Below, in pieces: positions 56,576 through 64,000 of a stretch of DNA of 64,000 nt (position 1 is its first letter; each line of letters begins with the position of its first letter). Both the position numbers and the translations under genes were made by a program. The notes below the pieces were generated by a model. The model made no database searches. It was not told the origin of the DNA and saw only the letters and a list, made by a program, of their open reading frames with translations. This DNA is from the human T2T-CHM13v2.0 reference genome, Homo sapiens, in the NCBI RefSeq assembly GCF_009914755.1, contig NC_060935.1; one strand, written 5' to 3'.

Positions 56576-57546
56576 CAGGGGATCCCAACCCCCAGGCCAT
56601 GGACTGGTGGCCTGCTAGGAACTGGGCCACACAGCAGGAGGTAAGCAGCAGGCAACCAGGGAAGCTTGATCTGTATTTACAGCCACTCCCATTGCTCACA
56701 TCACTGCCTGAGCTCCACCTCCTGCCAGATCAGCAGCTGTATTAGATCCTCATAGGAGTGCAAACCCTACTGTGAACTGCGCATGTGAGGGATCTAAGTT
56801 CCGTGCTCATTATGAGAATCTAATGTCTAACTATCTGAGGTGGAGCTGAGGCAGTGATGCTAGTGCTGAAGAGTGGCTGCCAGTACAGATTAACATTAGC
56901 AGAGAGGTTTGACTGCACACAGACCATAATAAATCAATTGCTTGCAGCCTCCTATGGAAACCCTATCAGTGAGTGGCAAGTGACAATTAAGCTGCATCTG
57001 TTGGCAGGCTTTATAGTGCCAAGTAAATTAATATACTTAAAAGTGATGTACTTAAAAGTTGATCTACTTAAAAGTGAGTTGATGGCCTTAAAATTATGTC
57101 TGAGACAACTTCAAATCTCTGTACATTCTGAATTAAAGTCAAGGCAGAATCTCCTGAGATTGCCACAAAAGCACTGAAAAGCCTGCTTCCATTTCAAACA
57201 TCCTATCTTTATGAAGCAGGGTTTTCTGCAGTGACAGCAACCAAAATGATATTACAGAGTAGATTGGACATAAGCAGCATGCTTTGGGTGTCACTCTCTC
57301 CTATCACCCTCAGATGGGACCACCTAGTTGCAGGAAAACAAACATGGCTCCCACTGATTCTACATTACGGTGAGTTGTACAATTATTTCATTATATATTA
57401 CAACATAATAATAATAATAATAGAAAAAAGCACACAATAAATTTAATGAACTAGAGTCATCCTGAAACCATTGCCTCTGCCCTGGTCCATAGAAAAATAG
57501 TATTCCACAAAACTGGTCCCTGGTGCCAAAAAGATTGGGACTGCTG
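56576..57546 (+). mobile_element. Charlie3/MER1 hAT DNA transposon deletion derivative
   Basis: TIRs CAGGGGATCCCAA...TTGGGACTGCTG, 8-bp TSD ATTTAATY, and a transposase C-terminal remnant KALKSLLPFQTSYLYEAGFS at ~57168-57340. Confidence 0.9.
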
Positions 57547-57848
57547 ATTTAATTCTCACAACTAGAAAAAAAAAAAAAACAGAATCTTATTATCTCTACT
57601 TTATAAATGAAGAAACAAATTGGGCAAAGAGAGCTTCAAGTAGGGTCCAGATGGGACCAACGTTCTTGCTCTTAGTCATTCTCTTGACTTGCTCTGAGCT
57701 TTGTGATTAATTCCATAATGGAGGCCAATCAGGTTATAGATGCAAATAGGATCCAGATTATGGACTCTGAAAATTTTGATGATTAAAGCGGGGGCAGCAT
57801 AACACATGAACCTCCTTGAAGCAGGAAATGAAAAGAAGGGGAGAATGG

Positions 57849-58549
57849 ATATAAACCAAAAAGTGTGTCTGAGGCAGGTGTCAATCAATTCAGAGGTTTA
57901 TTTCACTATGTTTGAGGATCCATCTAGGAAAAAAGACACAAGGTACAGCAGGATGTGTGACCTGTGTTTTTTCCAAAAAGGCTTTGAGGACTTCAATATT
58001 TAAGGGGGAAAGAATGGCAGAGGGGGAAGAGGAAAGAAAAAAAGAAGGAGGGTAAGTAGTGAGATAAGTGTTCATATCCTTGTGAGGCTTTGATTAGTGC
58101 TCACTGAATCCACATGTTACATGTGAAAGGAGAGGACAGAGGAACAGTCAATTATGCGTTCATCTTGAGCTTAGTAAATCTTCATTTTACATAACATAAA
58201 AAATAGACATAGAGTAGAGGAAGAAGTCAAATATGTATTTGTCTCAGGATGGGTGGAGGGATGGTTTCTTTATCTTTGTCCAACGATTGCAAAGATAAGC
58301 TGTTAATTTACATTGTCAGGGTGAAATTCAAGACAACTCCCTTTAGGGTACAGGTTTTCCAGCCCACAAGGAATTTCTTTGTGAACAATTTGTGAAAGAG
58401 GCTACCTGGGGCAATATGTGGCTTTCTATCTTGCAGCTATTTAGGAACAAAATGGAAGGCAGTTTTTGCATGACTGAGTTTTCAAGCTTAGCTTCTCTCT
58501 TTGGCATGGTGTATCTGGGGGGGTCCCAAGATTTTATTTTCCTTTCACA
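57849..58549 (-). mobile_element. MER4-group ERV1 solo LTR
   Basis: TATAAACCAAAAAGTGTGTCTGAGGCAGG start and TTTTCCTTTCACA end. Confidence 0.75.
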
Positions 58550-58757
58550 TGGGCATTTCAGAGAGTTAATAGATCAGAATTTGTAAAAATAAAAAATTAA
58601 AATTTTAGACATGTCTCTATTCTGATGCAAATAATCAAGTTGAGAGGGAAAGAACTAAAAGATGTAAGACAGAAAAGTGATAAATTCAAAAGTGAAGTCG
58701 TTAATAATGCAAGAAAAAACGGAGTCTCAAATAGAGGGAGAAAGCTTTACATAGTAT

Positions 58758-59200
58758 ATGGAACACGTACCTGACAGCAGTAATTCAAGCACATGCTGAG
58801 AATGGCCCTATAGTCTAAGAATGTGTGTTTGGTGTTCTGAGCTAAGGAATCTAGGAATGGCCAACCTGGGGATTCACTCCTTATCCATGAAGAACCTCCA
58901 AACTCCAGGCCCATTGCTTGGAATCAGGCAATACAGGGGATTGAGGCCCTTTGTTTTGGGTTAAATGGAGATTGGCAGGTGGAGGTTGGCAGATGGAGGT
59001 GGCTAAGTGAAAATATAATATATCCTGCATGGTTTTCACACATGGGAGCAGTTTTCCTGTCCAACTCACTGCTCCTGGACTACCCCGTATGTAAGTCCCC
59101 AATGATCCCTACGTCTTGTTCACAGGCTCCAGGTCTCTTCCTCAGCCTCTTGGACATGGTGCCATTCCTATTGGAGTCAACAGGCGTTCAGTACAACACA
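58758..59200 (+). mobile_element. Solo LTR (family uncertain)
   Basis: TG...CAACA termini and LTR-like composition. Confidence 0.55.
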
Positions 59201-60046
59201 TGGGAACAGAAATGTTTATAAGTAGAATGAAATAAAATATTACCCTGTAATAAAATAAAAGGCCACATGTGTGGTTATAAATATAGTTTGGTTGACAGAT
59301 AGGATAATGGAAAAAATGAGTTAGTTCTCATTTTACAGAAAAACTGTTGCCATTGCCTTTTTTTCCATAAAATACTACATATTGAGTAGTTGAGAATGTG
59401 GGTAGGGGAAAGAAGTGTCTTAAAATTGAATAAAGATTAAAATATGAAAGATTCCTCCTAGAGAGTCAGAATTTTATTTACTAGGGAAGTGTATCCAGAT
59501 TTCCTAGCACCAAGTGTCTATTTACTATTTGTGGCTACAGCTACAAATGCTTTCTCACCTGCCTTTGAAGAAAATAAAACTATTTTACCCCAATTTATAC
59601 TTCTTTGATGTATTTTGAGATGTCTGTTCAGAGAGCCAGCAAACAGAAGTAGCCCTGAAAAGCTGTCTTTTGAGGGAGGGGATCTGCAACTGCAGAGAAA
59701 ATCTACATTAATGCAGCCAGGTTTTATTTGAGGCCAGCCCTTGTGCAAATCCAGAAAAGATTAACTGATAGATAGGCTGATATCTTTAAAGGTCTGAAAA
59801 AAAGATTTACTACCTGTTTTCTCTGAGGGCTACTACCTGTGAAGTTTCATCTACATAACAAGACCAACTTTGCTAGTCAGGCCTCCTCTTTTTCCTCTTT
59901 TCTCCCATAACCTGTGTTACCACCATAACCTGCTTTGTCATGTATGTATACTGGGCAGTGACATTTTGAAAATTATCTGGGCAGTGAACTTAATTCAAAT
60001 TAATTGGGACAACAATTTAGATTTCAAGAAAAATTAAGTTGGAAAT

Positions 60047-60508
60047 TATAGGAGATCGGTCAGGGTGGCGGGAAAAATTATAGAAAGAAGCAAATCTTCT
60101 TGGAAGGCCAGGAGGTTTTGCAAAAGCTTGGGGAAAGGATATAGCTGAAGGCAGCTGAATTCTCTCGGAGTAGATAACAAGGAAGCACAATGGAATTGAT
60201 ATAGATAAGTTAGTTTACTTAGGCCTTGGAACCTGGCCTTTAATTATCTGCGTGCAGGACTGCTCTCCCCAGGGGTGGGGAGGGGGGCCCAACCGTGTTA
60301 ATTACTCAAGGCCTTTGTGATTAAATCTGTACTGAATAAATGCCCCCAAAGCTAGCTTGTCGAGGCTGCGGCTGCTGACTCTTTATGGCACCCTCCTCAG
60401 GGTCTTTGAGCAGCCCAGTCCCCTAGCCATGCAGCCAGGCAAGAAACCTGTGTCTGGCATACTCCATTCATCCGTCGCTCAGTCAGGGTCTGAGGGTCAG
60501 ACACGGCA
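60047..60508 (+). mobile_element. LTR22 (HERV-K HML-5) solo LTR
   Basis: TATAGGAGATCGGTCAGGGTGG start, internal AATAAA, ...ACACGGCA end, and a 6-bp TSD GGAAAT. Confidence 0.88.
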
Positions 60509-60559
60509 GGAAATCACAGGAAACTATTTTTAAGATAGATTGCTGTTTTACATACTTCT

Positions 60560-62300
60560 TCCAAAATAGTACCAAGTAGAAAGAACAACTCGAACTGTTT
60601 TTCCTCTGCTCTCACACCAGAGACACAACATATAGACTTCTGCGACCAAACGTGTGGGGATTTCTCCCCACCAAAAAGGCAAGCAATCATTTCTGGAGTG
60701 AACACCAGCTGGCTGTCCTTCAATTCTGTTGAGACATCATCTAAACTGGAGATAATATCAGATTCCATGGTTTGAGGGCTCAGTCTCACAAGACTTTTTC
60801 CCATTTCCAATGCCAATCAGAAGCCCTGGGTTATTTTGCCTGTACTTCTGACTGACCCACTATAAATCAGGGATCCCATGCCCCCAGTCTTGGACTTAAC
60901 TAATTTGCTGGAGCACCTCACAGATCTCAGGGAAACATGTTTATCAGTGTATTATAAAGGAAATAATAAAGGATACTGTTGACCTAAACAAAGAAACCAA
61001 GACAAAATTAATATAGGTAGAGAGTTTATTTTGACTAAGGTTGAGGACTGAAGCCCAGCAAACACTGGGAAGTGCTCCTGAGATCAAAGAAAAGGCTCAA
61101 GTTTTTGAAGAAAAAAGGTAGAATTAGGGGAGATGATTACAAAAGTTCTCTTTTCAGAAATTTGTGTTGGTTTACAGAGATAACTTGATTCATGATTGGC
61201 TATAAGGTTCGACTTATGCTGCCAGCATATGGCATCATTATGTTAATTGAGTCTAGAGTCCTTATAGCAGGTGGCTTAGAAATGATTACTTAGCTCAAGG
61301 AGGAGAGGGTGGGACATGACTGTAATCTAATTTCAATGTCTCTCTGGGCCTGATAATTTAAAAGGGAGATTGCATTTCACAATAAAAAGTTTAGTTTCTT
61401 TTGCAATACAAACAAAGAACCAGGTGAAGAGGTATATAGGGCAAGGTCCAGAAGGGTCCCAAGCACAGGAGCTTCTGTCCTCATGGAATGTGCTAAACTT
61501 CCTGCACATCAATGAGTTCTTGTTCATCTTCTTGTAAGCCTATGTATTACCTGGAAACCCTCCAAAACCTGTCCTTTTGGGTTTTATGAAGGCTTTATTA
61601 TATAGGCATGACTAATTGAACCATTGGTCATTAGTGATTAACTGAATTTTCAGCCCCTCTTCCCCTTCCTGGAAGTTGAGGGTTGAGACAAAAAAATCCA
61701 ACCCTCTGGGCACAATGAATCATTCCCCTGGGAATCAGCCCTCCAACCAGTTGTTTCTAGGGCTTTCTAAAAATTGTCTTATTAACATAAGCTTAGGAGT
61801 ATTTTATTTTATGTATTTATTTTTTCTTTTTAAAAAACTTTTTATTAAAAAAAGTTTAAACCTTTAGAAAAGTTACAAAAATTGTAAAATGAACTCTCAT
61901 ATGCCTTTACCTAGATTCATCAACTTTTTCTTTTTCTTTCACAATTTTTTTTATTATTATACTTTAAGTTCTGGGGTACATGTGCACAACATGCAGGTTT
62001 GTTACATATGTATACATGTGCCATGTTGGTGTGCTGCACCCGTTAACTTGTTTATTTACATTGGGTATATCTCTAGCTTAGGAGTATTTTAAAGCACTTG
62101 TTGTAAATAACAAAAGACTGTCTTTCAACTTTATCTTTTAGGAGTGACTTCAGGAACCAAGGATAATCAAATACTTTAACAAAAGATATTCTTACTGCTT
62201 TAGTACTTGGGGCATGAGAAGTCTTATAGGAATCTTCCTAGTTGAAAACTAGGAGTCACGGATGGACAAAAACAAATTATATCTATCGTAACATCATAGA
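60560..62300. mobile_element. MER21-like LTR interrupted by another LTR (~60977-61405) and an L1 insertion (61806-62074)
   Basis: MER21-like motifs (TTTGCTGGAGCACCTCACAGATCTCAGGGAAACA; AGGTCCAGAAGGGTCCCAAGCACAGGAGC) on both sides of the inserts. Confidence 0.7.
61806..62074 (-). mobile_element. 5'-truncated L1PA with a 3' transduced segment
   Basis: 16-bp TSD AGCTTAGGAGTATTTT at 61790-61805 and 62075-62090. Confidence 0.88.
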
Positions 62301-62410
62301 TACTTATAAACATAAAAAGAAAATAATATTTCTGAGAGCCCAATATGAGGCAACCCCATTGAATGACTTATATATGTTAGCAGGTTTGATACTAACAACG
62401 CTTTTATTTT

Positions 62411-63141
62411 TGTAATTGCCCACTGCACAGCTACAGCCGATTCGTAGACAGCAGTATTACAGTAAAGATTTTAATAAATACAGAGCTAGCCAAATGGAAG
62501 GACAGGGGTTTATTACTCAAATCAGCCTCCTTGAAAGCTTGGGGGCTAGAGTTTTTCAAGGATAGTTTGGTTTGTAAGGGGCTAGGAGATGGGTAATGCT
62601 GATTGGTTGGGGATGATATCATAGGGGTTTGAAAAATAGTTCCTGTGTGCAGAGTCAGCCTCTGGGTGGGGACCACAGGATCAGTTGAGTCATGAGTCAT
62701 GAGTCCAGGTGGAGTTAGTAGGTCATCGTCATCAGAATGCAAAAGTCTGAAAAACATCTCAAAAGACCCATGTTAGGTTCTACAATAGTGATATTATCTA
62801 TAGGAGAAATTGGAGAAGTTGCAAATCTTGTGACCTCCAGAACAACGGCTGGTTATTATCTAGGTTTGCCTACATTTTAGCAGAATTCAGGCCTCTCCCA
62901 TAATCCTAATCTTTCATTAGTTTTACAAAGGCAGTTTTGTCTCTGAGCAAGGAGATTTGTTTTACAGAGGCACTATTATCATTTTTGCTTCAACGTTAAA
63001 CTATAACCTAATTCCTCCCATGGTTAGCTTGGCCTACACCCAGAAATGACCAAGGGCAGCCAATGTATGAGTCTAAAAGCAAGAAGAAATCAGCCATGCT
63101 AGACTTCTCTCACTGTCATAGTCTTTGCAAAGGGAGTTTCA
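62411..63141 (-). mobile_element. LTR8/LTR26-like ERV1 solo LTR
   Basis: TGTAATTGCCC start and TTTGCAAAGGGAGTTTCA end. Confidence 0.72.
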
Positions 63142-63554
63142 TTCTTAAAAACTATAAAAAAATCCAGAGATGATTTCTTTAATAAGTATTAGAGCTACAA
63201 TTTAAAATCTAGCACCTCTGAATGGAGTGTCTACATTGTTTTTGCTGTTATCACACTGGTACCAATAAGAAAAATATATAATATAATTGAAATATAAAAC
63301 ATTTTGAAAGACTTGTCTGCTGAGACTTCCTTCCTCGAAGACTGTAAGACCTTGCTATAGATCAGGAGTTTATTACTCAGATCAGCCTCCTTGAAAGCTT
63401 GGGGGCTGGAATTTTTCAAGGATAGTTTGGTTTGTTTTTTACAATATGTTTTTTTTTTTACAATATGGTTCCAGAAGCATGAAGACTTAACTGCCTCTCT
63501 AACGGCTCTTAGGGTGTTTACAGCTCACTGAATTAAATCTGATTGTCTGGTTAA

Positions 63555-64000
63555 TGTTGGAGCTCAGAAGCTAATAACTCAAATTATGGCACTTTAACTT
63601 GCTGAACTGAAGAAACCTCAAGGTCTTTCTGACCTTCCCCGGGCTTCCATCATCTCTCCCAAAGAAGTTGAAGTGCCTTTATCTGCCTAAATTCCAGATC
63701 CACCAAGAAGAACAATTGGTTTTTTCTTTGCTTTTCTGTAAAACCAAAAATGTAACAACGCCTGAATAGACCCTTTCACTGTCAAAGAGAGTTATTTAAA
63801 AGTTAATCTGTTCCCAGGGATCCTTTTATTCTTCCTAGTAATATCCTCAATACAATTCCTCTTCTCTCCCCTCCCATAACCTTTCTGGCCAGCATAATGT
63901 AGTGGCATCATTGTCTGGGGTAACACCCAAGGTTTGTTGTCCCACGTCATTTAAAGCTAGGAGGCAGACACATCAGAGTGAGGTTAAGCATAGAAATTTA
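63555..64000. mobile_element. Further ERV1 LTR fragments running off the window
   Basis: MER34/39-like text followed by a new TGTAGTGGCATC LTR start at ~63898. Confidence 0.55.

Overview
Human genomic DNA from the MS4A cluster (11q12), identified by translating the exons. The window holds the last three coding exons and 3' UTR of MS4A3 (HTm4; +, 2239-~6410) and the complete seven-exon MS4A2 gene (high-affinity IgE receptor beta chain, 244 aa; +, ATG 24046, stop 30936, long 3' UTR to ~33750). Between them lie a solo LTR, a full-length SVA, old L1/L2 sequence and a full-length processed 14-3-3 zeta (YWHAZ) pseudogene. Downstream of MS4A2 is a 7.6 kb LTR2/Harlequin-type mosaic provirus inserted inside an Alu, followed by a gene-poor field of nested LTRs and DNA transposons (MER85, Charlie3/MER1). 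There are no rRNA or tRNA genes and no CRISPR arrays. Most ORFs in the supplied track are repeat-derived noise. I found no convincing new multi-gene system. The best second-look items are an L1 3' transduction with intact TSDs, a chimeric Alu/poly-Asn/14-3-3 ORF, two uORFs in the MS4A2 leader, two short locally templated insertions, a double Alu inside one TSD, an env-to-pol recombination junction with G-to-A hypermutation in the provirus, and a four-deep LTR nest. Repeat family names come from remembered consensus sequences and need Dfam/RepeatMasker confirmation.
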